Assembly: GCA_937892845.1 (NCBI GenBank)
Contig: CALBGP010000031.1
Location: 9,357 to 73,356 of the forward strand
DNA from: an uncultured Eggerthellaceae bacterium
GTDB lineage: Bacteria; Actinomycetota; Coriobacteriia; Coriobacteriales; Eggerthellaceae
Length of the DNA: 64,000 nucleotides
Direction of reading: 5' to 3'
The position numbers and the translations under genes are program-made. This document shows positions 10,035 through 20,427 of the stretch, one piece after another (within the stretch, counting starts at the first letter, position 1; every line of letters begins with the position of its first letter). The notes under the pieces are model-generated. The model saw only the letters and a program-made list of their open reading frames with translations. It was not told where the DNA came from and made no database searches.

Positions 10035-10958
10035 ATGCAGCATATCGACCGCATAGGCCTGATCGAGGCCATTGCATGCCAGTCTCTTTGGGGCTTCATC
10101 TGCATACTCTGGAGGCTGCTCTCAAGCCAATCTGCCCTCTACTTGCTTGCCGCCCGTATGATCTGGGCATGCGCCTTCATGCTTCTGCTCTGCGTCTTGG
10201 TCAAACGAACGCGGTTCCTGTATCTGCTCCGGGACCGACGCGCACGCCGGTTTCTCCTTGCGTCAGCGGTCATCACAAGCGTGAACTGGGGAATCTACAT
10301 CTGGGCGGCGAACAGCGGACATCTTCTGGAGACAAGCATAGGCTACTATCTGAGCCCCCTTCTCACCATTGCCTTCGGACCCCTGGTGTTCTCCGAGCGC
10401 CTAACCCGCATGCAGAAGATAGCTTGCGCGCTGGCCGCATTCGGTGTGGCGTCGTTCATCCTCATCGAAGGCGGTTCCATCTGGGTCTCGTTCACCATTG
10501 CCATTACCTTCGCAGCATACGGGGCCGTGAAAAAACGCGGCGGCTATCCTGCCATGCCGGGCATGGCGGTGGAAAGCATCTTCAACGCGCTGATCGGCGC
10601 AGCGATCTTCGGCATCGCAGCCTTGTTCCCCGGGATATGGAACCTGGTGCCGCCGACACCGGACGCCATGGCCGTCACGTCGCCTGCCGCCGTATCCCTG
10701 CTCATCATGCTTGCCGGCGTGCTGACCGCAGCGCCCTTGCTGCTGTACTCTGCCGCAGCGAACCGCATCACCATGGTGGCCAACGGATTCGTGCAATACA
10801 TCGCCCCCACCATCGAACTCGCACTTGCGGTGACCCTCTTCGGCGAAGCATTCACCTTGGGTCACGGTGTCTGCCTTGCCTTCGCCTGGGCGGGCATAGC
10901 GTTGATATCCATCGAACTCGTGACGGCAACGAAACGCGCCAGGAAGCTGTATGCGTGA
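10035..10958 (+). CDS. rarD: EamA/RarD-family (DMT superfamily) permease
   Basis: 307 aa with about 10 hydrophobic segments and the RarD-type motif SIGYYLSPL. Confidence 0.8.
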   Translation: MQHIDRIGLIEAIACQSLWGFICILWRLLSSQSALYLLAARMIWACAFMLLLCVLVKRTRFLYLLRDRRARRFLLASAVITSVNWGIYIWAANSGHLLETSIGYYLSPLLTIAFGPLVFSERLTRMQKIACALAAFGVASFILIEGGSIWVSFTIAITFAAYGAVKKRGGYPAMPGMAVESIFNALIGAAIFGIAALFPGIWNLVPPTPDAMAVTSPAAVSLLIMLAGVLTAAPLLLYSAAANRITMVANGFVQYIAPTIELALAVTLFGEAFTLGHGVCLAFAWAGIALISIELVTATKRARKLYA

Positions 10959-10997
10959 CACAGCGTCCCGGCGCAAACGGTTTGCTCGGCGACCCGC

Positions 10998-13900
10998 CTA
11001 CTTGCCTTCGGCCAGATTCGCCTTGGCGACGCTGATCATGAGCTTGATGCGGTTGAGCTGATTGACCTCGGAAGCACCGGGATCGTAATCAACCGCCACG
11101 ATGTTGCTTTCGGGGTAGCGGCGGCGCAGCTCCTTGATGACGGACTTGCCCACCACATGGTTCGGCAGACAGGCGAAGGGCTGCGTGCACACCACATTCG
11201 GAGCGCCGGTGCGGATGAGCTCCACCATCTCAGCCGTGAGCAACCAGCCTTCGCCCATGGAGTTGCACAGGCTCAGAATCTCGCTGGCATAACCCGCAAG
11301 CTCGTAGATGTCCGCCGGCGGCTCGAAGCGGACGGACTCGCTCAGCGCACGGTTGAGGGGACGGCGCAGCATGTCCAAGGCCTTGAGCCCTATGCGCGCA
11401 CCTATAGCACCGGTGGCCGAACGGCCCAACGGCTCTTTCTGGAAGATGGCGCCCGCTATGCCGAACAGGAAGAATTCGGTCAGCCCCGGTACCACGGCCT
11501 CGCAGCCTTCGCGTTCTATCACGTCGACGATCTGGTTGTTCGCCGTGGGGTGGAACTTCACCAGGATCTCGCCCACGACACCCACACGCGGCTTGGTGCC
11601 CTCCCCTTCAAGGGGCAGTGTGTCGAAGTCCTCGATGATCTCACGGCACGTGCGCTTCCACTGGCGACGGTTCACGCCTATGGACAGCTGCTGGCGGCAT
11701 ACGGTCATCCAGTGGTCGAACAGATGCTGGGCGCTGCCGGGCTCAACCTCGTAGGGGCGGGTGCGGTACAGGCACATCATCAGCAAATCGCCGTAGAGGA
11801 TGCCGTATATTGCCTGATAGAGCATCTTGGGCGTGACCTTGAAACCGGGATTGGACTCCTCGAGCTTCTTGAAGGACAGCGAGATGACGGGGATATGCCC
11901 CAAGCCTGCAGCGGCCAGCGCCTTGCGGATGAGGGCGATGTAGTTCGTGGCGCGGCACCCGCCGCCCGTCTGCGTGATGATGACCGCAAGCTTGTCGATA
12001 TCGTAGCGGCCGCTGGTCACGGCCTCCATGATCTGGCCGGTGACAAGGATGGACGGGTAGCAGATGTCGTTGTTGACGTATTTCAGGCCGGCATCCACCG
12101 CTCCATGGTCAACGCTGGGCAAAAGCTCCAGGTTGTAACCGTTCTTGCGGAAGATCTCAACCAGCAGGTCGAAATGGATGGGGGCCATCTGGGGGCACAA
12201 GATGGTGTATCCCGCATCCTTCATCTCCTGGGTGAACTGGACCTTCTCGAATTCGGTGGACACGCCTTCGCGCTGCTTGAACGACAGGCCATCGGCAACC
12301 GGGCAGCCCATGCGGGATTGCGCCTGGGCATCGGCGCGCTCGTCGGCCTTGTCCTTGAGGGCGGCAAGCAGGCTTCGCACACGGATGCGCGCGGCGCCAA
12401 GGTTTGAAACCTCATCGATCTTGAGAACCGTATACACCTTGCCCGCAGCCTCCAAGATCTCCTGGACCTGATCGGTGGTCAGCGCATCAAGGCCGCAGCC
12501 GAAGCTGTTGAGCTGGATGAGATCCAGGTCATCGCGCTGGGTTGCCACCTTCGCCGCGGCGTAGAGGCGGGTATGGTACATCCACTGGTCCACCACGCGG
12601 ATGGGTCGCTCGAGCGTACCCAGGTGGGCGATGGAGTCCTCCGTGAGCACCGCCAAGCCGAATCCGGTCAGAAGCTCGGGGATGGCATGGTTGATTTCGG
12701 GGTCGTTATGGTAGGGGCGCCCCGCCAGCACGATGCCATGGGATCCCGTCTGCTCCATCCAGCGCAGCGTCTCCTCGCCCTTGGCGCGAATCTCATCATG
12801 GAAGCGCTCATCTTCGGCCCACGCAGCATCCACGGCGGCGTCGATTTCGGCCTGCGTGGGAGGCGTGCCGTGCTTGCAAGCGGCGTCCGGGAAATTCTCC
12901 ACCAGCTCCGCAAACAGGCGGCGCTTGAGGTTTTCCTTCTTGTCGTAAGGCAGCCACGGGTTGAGGAACTTCGTTTCGCAATCCCGCAGCTCGTCGATGT
13001 TAAGGCGCAAAGCCTCAGGATAGCTGGCCACAATGGGACAGTTGAAGTGGTTTCCGGCACCTTCGTCTTCCTGGCGCTCCCATTTGCTGCAGGGGAACCA
13101 GATGAAATCCGGACGCTTCGCCAGAAGATTCATCACATGGCCGTGCGAGAGCTTGGCAGGATAGCACACGCTCTCAGACGGCATGGACTCCATGCCCGCC
13201 TCATAGGTCTTTTTGGACGACGGGTCGCTCAAGATGACGCGATAGCCCAGATTCGTGAAGAACGTGAACCAGAAGGGGAAGTTCTCGTACATGTTGAGCG
13301 CGCGCGGAATGCCGACCGTGCCGCGGGGCGCGTCCTCAAGGGCCAAGGGCTCATAGCCGAACAGCCGCTTGCTTTTCCATTCGAAGAGGTTGGGCACATC
13401 ACGCGACGCATCAAGCGCTCCGGCGCCCTTTTCGCAGCGGTTGCCCGTGATGAAACGGCGATGCCGGCCCGTATCCGGGTCCACGCCGAAGTCGTTGACC
13501 GTAAGCAGGCAGTGGTTCGAGCACGCCTTGCAACGCACCGTGCGATGCGTAGGCGCCAGCGCCTCTATCTCCGGCAGCGAAAGCAACGTCGAGGCATCCT
13601 GTCCGTCTCCAGCGCGGTCGCGAGCCAGCAGGGCAGCGCCGTAAGCGCCCATGTTGCCGGCGATATCCGGACGGACGGCATTGACCTGGGCCAGCTGCTC
13701 GAATGCGCGCAGCACCGCATCGTTGAGGAAGGTGCCGCCCTGCACGATGACCTTCGTCCCCACTTCGCGGGGGTCGCGGATCTTGATGACCTTGAACAGC
13801 GCGTTTTTGATGACCGAAATGGCCAGGCCGGCGGCGATATCCCCCACCGTCGCGCCTTCCTTCTGAGCCTGCTTGACGCGGCTGTTCATGAACACCGTGC

Positions 13901-15398
13901 ACCGGCTGCCCAGATCGACGGGGTTCTTTGCCGCATTCGCAGTCTTGGCGAATTCCTGGACATCCAGATTCAGGCCGCTGGCGAAGCTCTCGATGAAGCT
14001 GCCGCAGCCCGAACTGCACGCCTCGTTGAGCATGATGTGGTCGATCACGCCGTCGCGTACGCGCAGGCACTTCATATCCTGGCCGCCGATGTCCAAGATG
14101 AACTCGACGCCGGGCAGCATCTCCTGGGCGCCGCGCAGATGCGCAACCGTCTCGATTTCGCCGGAATCCACGCGCAGGGCCTCAAGGAGCAGGCCCTCGC
14201 CGTATCCGGTGACCGTGGCGTGCCCTATGGTCACGAAGGGTTCGCCGGTTTCCTCATCCACGGGAAGACTGCCGTACATATCGGCCAAAGCCGCTTTCGC
14301 GGTTCCCAAAACGTCGCCTTTGTTGTTGGCGTAATAGCTCCACAGAAGGCTGCCGTCACGCCCGATAAGCGCCGCCTTGAACGTGGTGGACCCTGCGTCG
14401 ATGCCCAGGTAGGCCGTGCCCGTGTATTCCATCAGGTTGCCGCGCTTGACCTTTTCGGCGGCATGACGCGCCTCGAACTCGCGGAATTCCTCCTCGTTGG
14501 CGAACAGCGGCTTCAGTCGCACCACTTCGCTTCCCTGGACATCACCCAGATCGCGCAGGCGCCCAAGCACGTCGGAAAGCAGCTCGGGTTTCGCATCGCT
14601 TCCGCAGATGGCCGCGCCGGCAGCCACGAAAAGATGGGCGTTTTCAGGACGAATGGCATGCTCATCGTCAAGCCCCAGCGTCTCGCAGAAGCGCTTGTCA
14701 AGTTCGGGGAGGTACTGCAAAGGGCCGCCCAGAAGCGCCACATTGCCGCGGATGGGCCTGCCGCACGCAAGACCGGAGATGGTCTGGGTCACCACGGCCT
14801 GCAGGATCGATGCGGCGATGTCCTCTTTGCGGGCACCCTCGTTGATCAGCGGCTGCACGTCCGTCTTGGCGAAAACGCCGCAGCGGCTGGCAATGGGATA
14901 GATGGTTTCGTGGCGGCTTGCCAGCTCGTTGAGACCTGCCGCATCGGTGTTGAGCAACGTGGCCATCTGATCGATGAACGCACCCGTTCCACCGGCACAG
15001 GTGCCGTTCATGCGCTGCTCGATGCCGTTTTCGAAATAGATGATCTTGGCGTCTTCGCCACCCAGCTCAATGACAACATCCGTCTGCGGAATGAACGTCT
15101 CCACAGCCGTCTTCGATGCGATGACTTCCTGGACGAATTCGATGTTCAGCCAATTCGCCAAAAGCAGGCCGCCGGAGCCGGTGATGGCAATGGTCATGGG
15201 CGTATCGGGGAAAGCCTGCGCCGCTTCGCCGACAACCTCGATGATGGTTGCCCGGATATCGGCGTGATGCCGGCGGTAGCACGAATACAGCACCGTGCCC
15301 GCATCATCGAGCACGGCAACTTTCACTGTCGTCGAGCCGACATCGATGCCGACATGCAGGGTGGTTTCACCTGCTTCGTTTCTGGGTTCGGTGGTCAT
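10998..15398 (-). CDS. Fusion protein: two BcrAD/BadFG/HgdC-type activase ATPase modules plus 2-hydroxyacyl-CoA dehydratase/benzoyl-CoA reductase-like domains
   Basis: 1466 aa. Two actin-fold ATPase starts ([17 protein letters not shown]; [19 protein letters not shown]). A Cys cluster follows ([10 protein letters not shown]...GNRCEKG), then two large dehydratase-D-component-like regions. The 1003-aa opposite-strand ORF is a shadow. Confidence 0.9.
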   Translation of the reverse strand: MTTEPRNEAGETTLHVGIDVGSTTVKVAVLDDAGTVLYSCYRRHHADIRATIIEVVGEAAQAFPDTPMTIAITGSGGLLLANWLNIEFVQEVIASKTAVETFIPQTDVVIELGGEDAKIIYFENGIEQRMNGTCAGGTGAFIDQMATLLNTDAAGLNELASRHETIYPIASRCGVFAKTDVQPLINEGARKEDIAASILQAVVTQTISGLACGRPIRGNVALLGGPLQYLPELDKRFCETLGLDDEHAIRPENAHLFVAAGAAICGSDAKPELLSDVLGRLRDLGDVQGSEVVRLKPLFANEEEFREFEARHAAEKVKRGNLMEYTGTAYLGIDAGSTTFKAALIGRDGSLLWSYYANNKGDVLGTAKAALADMYGSLPVDEETGEPFVTIGHATVTGYGEGLLLEALRVDSGEIETVAHLRGAQEMLPGVEFILDIGGQDMKCLRVRDGVIDHIMLNEACSSGCGSFIESFASGLNLDVQEFAKTANAAKNPVDLGSRCTVFMNSRVKQAQKEGATVGDIAAGLAISVIKNALFKVIKIRDPREVGTKVIVQGGTFLNDAVLRAFEQLAQVNAVRPDIAGNMGAYGAALLARDRAGDGQDASTLLSLPEIEALAPTHRTVRCKACSNHCLLTVNDFGVDPDTGRHRRFITGNRCEKGAGALDASRDVPNLFEWKSKRLFGYEPLALEDAPRGTVGIPRALNMYENFPFWFTFFTNLGYRVILSDPSSKKTYEAGMESMPSESVCYPAKLSHGHVMNLLAKRPDFIWFPCSKWERQEDEGAGNHFNCPIVASYPEALRLNIDELRDCETKFLNPWLPYDKKENLKRRLFAELVENFPDAACKHGTPPTQAEIDAAVDAAWAEDERFHDEIRAKGEETLRWMEQTGSHGIVLAGRPYHNDPEINHAIPELLTGFGLAVLTEDSIAHLGTLERPIRVVDQWMYHTRLYAAAKVATQRDDLDLIQLNSFGCGLDALTTDQVQEILEAAGKVYTVLKIDEVSNLGAARIRVRSLLAALKDKADERADAQAQSRMGCPVADGLSFKQREGVSTEFEKVQFTQEMKDAGYTILCPQMAPIHFDLLVEIFRKNGYNLELLPSVDHGAVDAGLKYVNNDICYPSILVTGQIMEAVTSGRYDIDKLAVIITQTGGGCRATNYIALIRKALAAAGLGHIPVISLSFKKLEESNPGFKVTPKMLYQAIYGILYGDLLMMCLYRTRPYEVEPGSAQHLFDHWMTVCRQQLSIGVNRRQWKRTCREIIEDFDTLPLEGEGTKPRVGVVGEILVKFHPTANNQIVDVIEREGCEAVVPGLTEFFLFGIAGAIFQKEPLGRSATGAIGARIGLKALDMLRRPLNRALSESVRFEPPADIYELAGYASEILSLCNSMGEGWLLTAEMVELIRTGAPNVVCTQPFACLPNHVVGKSVIKELRRRYPESNIVAVDYDPGASEVNQLNRIKLMISVAKANLAEGK

Positions 15399-15451
15399 GG
15401 TATCTCCTCATTCCTCATGCGCCGCATCCTGCACGGACGGGCGGAAACGGT

Positions 15452-16084
15452 TCACATCGTGATTGATTCGCCAGGTCTGATGAACAGCAGGCGCGTGGCT
15501 ATCGCAGCCATCTCCTCGGGCGATTCCTTCATCCCCGTCTCTATCCAGCGGCCGATGACGCCCAGATATGCGGAGGCGAAATAGGCAACGTAGTAATCGA
15601 CGAAAGGCGTGGGGTTTTCCCGGTAGCGATCATGCAGAACGGACATGATCAGGTCATCGCACACGGCCTGGCGCAAACGAGGACCGAAGCGGACATCTCC
15701 GCCCGGGCCGATGACCGCATGCAAGAATTCGCCATGCTCGCGAAGATATGAGAACAAATCGACCAGGAAGGGAAACGGCTTCTTCGAGAACCTGTGCCGC
15801 ATGATGTCTTTCACGCGGATGGTTCTCATGTGCTGCTGGAACAACTCAAGCTCGCTGAAGATCTCATCTTCAAACGAGAGCAGCAACGTCTCCTTGTCGC
15901 GGTAATGGTTGTAGAACGTGCCGCGGTTCAAGCCGGCGCGCACGCATATGTCGTTGACGGTAAGGCTGTCGAAGCCCCGCTCCTCCATGAGCTCTATCAG
16001 AGCCGTACGCAGAGCAGCCTTCGAACGCGTGATCCGCGGGTCCTCCGTCTCTTCAGCCGCAATGGCGTCAGTGGTGACCGCCAA
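15452..16084 (-). CDS. TetR/AcrR-family transcriptional regulator
   Basis: HTH region LTVNDICVRAGLNRGTFYNHY. I moved the start to TTG 16084 because a perfect AAGGAGG lies 6 nt upstream. The track start at 16150 falls inside a palindrome. Confidence 0.85.
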   Translation of the reverse strand: MAVTTDAIAAEETEDPRITRSKAALRTALIELMEERGFDSLTVNDICVRAGLNRGTFYNHYRDKETLLLSFEDEIFSELELFQQHMRTIRVKDIMRHRFSKKPFPFLVDLFSYLREHGEFLHAVIGPGGDVRFGPRLRQAVCDDLIMSVLHDRYRENPTPFVDYYVAYFASAYLGVIGRWIETGMKESPEEMAAIATRLLFIRPGESITM

Positions 16085-16133
16085 AAGGAACCTCCTTGTC
16101 TGAAACCCGGGATTCCGGGTTTGTTCGGCGCTT

Positions 16134-16150
16134 TTGAACACTGTGTTCAA
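16134..16150. promoter_or_regulatory. Candidate TetR operator, perfect palindrome TTGAACAC-T-GTGTTCAA
   Basis: 17-bp palindrome read directly, about 50 nt upstream of the re-assigned TetR start. A second hairpin, AAACCCGG-GATT-CCGGGTTT (16103-16122), lies between it and the SD. Confidence 0.45.
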
Positions 16151-16250
16151 TAGGGCATTTTAGCCACGCACACATCACGATGCAAGAAAGGTTGTCCCCG
16201 ATGAGGGCATCGTTCACAAATTGTCTAACCGTCCGCCAGGGCGCATGATG

Positions 16251-16286
16251 AAAATCCCCGCCGGGAAACGCTTGCCGACGGGGATT
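16251..16286 (-). terminator. Intrinsic terminator after the SDR gene
   Basis: Minus strand reads CCCCGTCGG-loop-CCGGCGGGG (one mismatch) followed by ATTTTCATC. Confidence 0.5.
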
Positions 16287-16329
16287 CGATGATCGCGGGC
16301 AATGAAGCCCGCAGCAATTCGGGTGAAAA

Positions 16330-17130
16330 TCACGGACGAAGACCCATGCCGCCTTCAAGCGTGATGGTCTCGCCGCTCATGAACTTGAAATCGGGGCTGG
16401 CCAACTGAACTACAACGCGGCCTATTTCGGTTTCCACATTGCCGTAATGCCCCATCGGCGGCATCTTGACGTTGGCCTCGAACGCTTCGGGATAGCGGTC
16501 TTTGAAGCCTTCAAGCGCAGCGGTCCAGGCCAAGGGGCACACCACGTTAACATTGATGCCGTCCGGGCCCCATTCGGTTGCAGCCACACGGGACATGCCT
16601 CGAATGCCCTCTTTGGCGGCAGCGTAGGCGCTTTGTCCGAAGTTGCCGAACAAGCCCGCGCCGCTGGCGAAGTTGATGACGCTGCCCTTCGTCTCCTTGA
16701 GGTGCGGATAACATGCCTGCATGTAGTAGAAGGCCGCGTAAAGGCCGGAATAGATGGCCAGATCGAACTGCTCGGTCGTATGGTCAGCCAGCGTCACGCC
16801 CGATGCGGACGCCTGTGCGTTGTTGACCAGAACGTCGATGCGGCCGAACTTCTCCATGGCGAGATCGACCACGTTCTGCACGACGGCCCGGTTGTCGGCA
16901 CCGGCATTCACGTCAGCCTGCACGACAAGCACCTCGATGCCGAATTCGGACTCAAGACGGGTTTTCGCCTCTTCGAGCTTGCCCATGTTGCGACCCGTGA
17001 TGACCAGGTTCGCGCCTTCCTTGGCATACGCCGTCGCGATTCCGTATCCGATGGAGCCAGCCGACCCATCCTTGAGCGCCGCGAAACCCGCACCAGTGAT
17101 GATTGCCGTTTTACCGGTAAGAAATCCCAT
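16330..17130 (-). CDS. Short-chain dehydrogenase/reductase (classical SDR)
   Basis: TGKTAIITGAG Rossmann motif, NNAQ, and the catalytic S...YAAAK. AAGGAGG precedes ATG 17130. Confidence 0.9.
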   Translation of the reverse strand: MGFLTGKTAIITGAGFAALKDGSAGSIGYGIATAYAKEGANLVITGRNMGKLEEAKTRLESEFGIEVLVVQADVNAGADNRAVVQNVVDLAMEKFGRIDVLVNNAQASASGVTLADHTTEQFDLAIYSGLYAAFYYMQACYPHLKETKGSVINFASGAGLFGNFGQSAYAAAKEGIRGMSRVAATEWGPDGINVNVVCPLAWTAALEGFKDRYPEAFEANVKMPPMGHYGNVETEIGRVVVQLASPDFKFMSGETITLEGGMGLRP

Positions 17131-17268
17131 GTCGAACCTCCTTTTCAGCGGACGCACGGAGCAACCGGGCGTCTTGGGCGCTAATGCGACCTTTCATGTG
17201 CCATTATCGCAGCTTCGAAAGGGGCTTGTCTGTGTCGTTAACCATGACGTAACAATGGCAACCGCAGG

Positions 17269-17328
17269 CGGCTGATGCGGCGCGGCGGGCGGCAAGGGTG
17301 GACGGCTGATGCGGCGCGGCGGGCGGCA
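17269..17328. repeat. Direct repeat, 26 bp perfect, period 34 bp (CGGCTGATGCGGCGCGGCGGGCGGCA x2)
   Basis: Copies at 17269-17294 and 17303-17328, read directly from the sequence. Confidence 0.8.
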
Positions 17329-17550
17329 GGGACGGGCGGATTGACGCACGACGCAAGAGCGCACGGCCCGCATCCTGTGCCCGGCGCCTGCCTTCGCCAC
17401 AGCTCCGTACACCATGATGATTCCGCTGTACGGGCGACGGAATAAACTTCCGCAGGTTTTCGGTCGCCCTTTCGCACCAAAACCGAAGTCTTTCGGGTCC
17501 GATGCACCCGAATTTGCCGAATCGGATGCGCCATGTCCCCCGAACGCAGC

Positions 17551-17586
17551 AAACCCCTTGGACGCAGAGCCTGCGACCAGGGGTTT
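17551..17586 (-). terminator. Long imperfect hairpin about 100 nt downstream of agcS copy 1
   Basis: AAACCCCTTGGACGCAG-AGC-CTGCGACCAGGGGTTT, about 16 bp with one bulge and one mismatch. Confidence 0.4.
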
Positions 17587-17691
17587 GTCCTTCGTTCTCA
17601 CCCATCAAGCCCGAGCATACATAACCGCAACCCGAAACACTTGGAATTCGGTGTAATTTCAAGCCCGAAGCACTGGTAGGAAAACCAGCGG

Positions 17692-19119
17692 CTACTTGCT
17701 CTCAAGCACGGGAATTTCGTCCATCACCTTCTCATCCAAGTTGCCTTCGTAGACATAGTGCCTGGTCTCACGCGCAATCAATCCGGACAGCATCAAAACC
17801 ATAATGATGTTGGGCAAGGCCATGAGCGCGTTGGTGATGTCGGACACGGTCCACACGATGTCTGCAACGCCGATGGCACCCAGGAATGCGGCGATGACGT
17901 AGAGCACCTGATACGGGCGGATGGCATGCTTGCCGAACAGGTACGTCGCACAGCGGCTTCCGTAGTAGCTCCATCCCAAAATGGTGGAGTACGCGAACAG
18001 AATCATTCCGATGACCAGGATAGGCGTGCCCACATAGGGAATGGTGGCGAAAGCTGCGCTGGTCAGAGCCGCGCCGTCTGCAATCAGGCCGCCCATAACG
18101 CCTTCCACCAGCCCGGGATTGGCCAGCATGGTGGAAACCAAAACGATGCCGGTCAGCGCGCAGATGACCACGGTATCCCAAAACGTTCCGGTCATGGACA
18201 CCAGAGCCTGGCGCGCCGGATTGCGCGTAGCCGCCGCAGAGGCCACGATGGGAGCAGAGCCAAGGCCGGACTCGTTGGAGAACAGGCCGCGTGCGCAACC
18301 GAACTGGATGGCAGCCATGATGCCGCTGCCCAGCAGGCCGCCAAACGCTGCCTGAGGATTGAACGCCGACTCCACGATCAGGCAGATTGCCGGCCAAACG
18401 AACTCGATGTTCATGCCGAGGATCACGATGCAACCCCACGCGTACGCAATGGCCATGAACGGAACCAGCTTCTCGCAGACGCGGGAGATAACCTTCACAC
18501 CGCCGAAAATGACGATGGACACCATGATGACGATGGCGAGCCCGATGGCCCATGTGGGGATGCCCGGGAAGTTGGAGGTGATGATGCCGGTCATGGAGCT
18601 CGACTGAACCGCCGACCCGATTCCGAACGACGCCACACCCGCCAGCACGGCAAACGCGATGGCGCCCAACTTCGCCCACCAGGGGATGGTGCCGTCAGGT
18701 TTCTTGAACGCACGCTCCCAGGCGAACATCGCTCCGCCCAGCATGTTTCCCGCATGGTCCTTGACGCGGAATTTGACGGCCGCATAGACCTCAGAGTACT
18801 TCGTCGCAATGCCGAAAACGCCGGTCAGCCACATCCACAGAACCGCGCCAGGTCCGCCGGCCATGATAGCCGTCGCAACGCCGACGATGTTGCCCGTGCC
18901 GATTGTGGCGGAAAGCGCGGTGGTCAACGCGCCGAACTGGCTGATATCGCCTTCGGCATCGGGGTCGCGCGTAACGGAGAGCTTGATGGCCTGCGGCAAT
19001 TTACGTTGGATGAAACGCGTCCGGATGGTCAGGAAGATATGGGATCCAAGAAGCAGGGCAATCATGGGCGGGCCCCAGATTGCGGCATCCACAGCGTTGA
19101 TCATGCCGACAATGTCCAT
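17692..19119 (-). CDS. agcS: Alanine/glycine:cation symporter (AGCS family), copy 1
   Basis: The N-terminus MDIVGMINAVDAAIWGPPMIALLLGSHIFLTIRTRFIQ and the GTGNIVGVATAI block are typical AGCS. GAGGAGG precedes ATG 19119. The track ORF start at 19338 has been trimmed. Confidence 0.9.
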   Translation of the reverse strand: MDIVGMINAVDAAIWGPPMIALLLGSHIFLTIRTRFIQRKLPQAIKLSVTRDPDAEGDISQFGALTTALSATIGTGNIVGVATAIMAGGPGAVLWMWLTGVFGIATKYSEVYAAVKFRVKDHAGNMLGGAMFAWERAFKKPDGTIPWWAKLGAIAFAVLAGVASFGIGSAVQSSSMTGIITSNFPGIPTWAIGLAIVIMVSIVIFGGVKVISRVCEKLVPFMAIAYAWGCIVILGMNIEFVWPAICLIVESAFNPQAAFGGLLGSGIMAAIQFGCARGLFSNESGLGSAPIVASAAATRNPARQALVSMTGTFWDTVVICALTGIVLVSTMLANPGLVEGVMGGLIADGAALTSAAFATIPYVGTPILVIGMILFAYSTILGWSYYGSRCATYLFGKHAIRPYQVLYVIAAFLGAIGVADIVWTVSDITNALMALPNIIMVLMLSGLIARETRHYVYEGNLDEKVMDEIPVLESK

Positions 19120-19306
19120 GGCGGCAACCTCCTCGGGCGATGTCGCGCGCTTTGCGCAGGTTGACAGGGAGAAGTGCTGAAGCGATGTCCGCATTATAGA
19201 AGCGACCGCACGCACGCCTCCCCGCGCAAGCGCTTTAGCATGCGAAAGTGCTTCGCAAGGCGGCGAAAGGCGAGCGAGAGATGCTGCCAAGGCGTGATAG
19301 GCAGAC

Positions 19307-19332
19307 GAAGAGGGGGCCTGAGCCCCCTCTTC
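19307..19332 (-). terminator. Hairpin GAAGAGGGGGC-CTGA-GCCCCCTCTTC between the trigger-factor-like gene and agcS copy 1
   Basis: 11-bp perfect stem read directly. No U-tail, as is common in high-GC genomes. Confidence 0.45.
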
Positions 19333-19386
19333 ATCCATGGAGTTTCAATTTCAAACCAGGTTGGCAAAATGCCTTGGACGCAAAAC

Positions 19387-20424
19387 CTAGATGACCTTCA
19401 CGACGGCATGGTCGAGAGCCCACTGGGTCGCAGCCATGCGCTCGGCGTTTTCGCGCACCATGAACACGCGGCTCTCGTCTTCGAATTGCTTGAGCAGCGC
19501 AGCGGGATCGGCGTCGGGCTGAAGGAGGGACACGGCCTCAAGCAAAGCATCCTCGGTCAGTTCCAGGCCCACATGTCTGAACAGCGCATCAAGCGCGAAC
19601 GAATCGCGCAGCGCCTGCTCGGACTGCACGCGCACCGATACGTTGAACTGCTCGGGGGTCATGTCCTGAGATGCAAGATGCTGCTCGAACGATACGCCCT
19701 GGGCTTCGATCTGCATCTGCATCATGCCCGCCATCTCTTCGGCGAAGTCATCGATGATGCCCGCCGGCACCTCGCCTATCAGGCGCTTGCCGTATTCGCC
19801 GACAACAGCCATGCTGCGATTCTGTTCGAACGCATCGGCCTGGTACTGTTCGCCCGCCTGGCGCATGGCCTCACGCAGCGCAGCCACGTCCTCGATGCCC
19901 TGGGCGCCGAAGGCTTCCTTCACCCAGGCGTCGGTCACCTCGGGAACGGACCCCGCCCCACCGCCCATGGAGGCGAACTGCTCAGCCAGCATGGAAATCT
20001 GCGTTTCGACATCCTCGTCGGTGACAGGACGGATGCCGGGAATCTCAACTTCAACCGGATCATAGCTGGAGAGCTCGAAGACCGGCTTCTCGAAGAACGT
20101 CATGGTGAAAGCGAAAGGAGCACCGGCTACAGGCGCACCGATGGCCACCGGATCGGGAGCTGCAACCGGGAAACGGCCCGCCTTCGTGATGGCGAACGGA
20201 ACCAGATATCCCATGACGGCCGTCTTCACCATGTCGGTGGCGCGATCGCCCACGATTGCGCGAAGGTATTCTACAGGATCGGCGCCCTTCTGAACGGGCG
20301 CCCCCATCTGCGAGAGGAACGACTCAACTCCAAGGTTGAGAGCGCGCTCCACCATGGGGGCCTCGGCTTCCACCAGCATTTCCAGGCGGCCGTCGCCGAG
20401 TTCTTTGACATCAACGTTAAGCAT
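19387..20424 (-). CDS. Trigger-factor-like protein lacking the FKBP/PPIase domain
   Basis: 345 aa that aligns by eye to the trigger factor N-domain and C-domain. FAFTMTFFEKPVFEL...VEIPGIRPVTDEDVETQISML runs directly into PEVTDAWVKEAFG..., so the middle PPIase segment is missing. The GFRxGxxP ribosome motif is not conserved (QMGAPVQKGADPVEY). Confidence 0.7.
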   Translation of the reverse strand: MLNVDVKELGDGRLEMLVEAEAPMVERALNLGVESFLSQMGAPVQKGADPVEYLRAIVGDRATDMVKTAVMGYLVPFAITKAGRFPVAAPDPVAIGAPVAGAPFAFTMTFFEKPVFELSSYDPVEVEIPGIRPVTDEDVETQISMLAEQFASMGGGAGSVPEVTDAWVKEAFGAQGIEDVAALREAMRQAGEQYQADAFEQNRSMAVVGEYGKRLIGEVPAGIIDDFAEEMAGMMQMQIEAQGVSFEQHLASQDMTPEQFNVSVRVQSEQALRDSFALDALFRHVGLELTEDALLEAVSLLQPDADPAALLKQFEDESRVFMVRENAERMAATQWALDHAVVKVI

Positions 20425-20427
20425 TGT

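Noticed and set aside
19120-19386. Glycine riboswitch upstream of the agcS genes, a common arrangement for AGCS transporters.
   Set aside because: Reading the minus-strand leader, I find none of the conserved GGAGAG...CACCGAAGGGGCAA-type cores. The region holds only a GC hairpin and a TATAAT-like box. The 57-bp leader of copy 2 (21859-21915) is too short.
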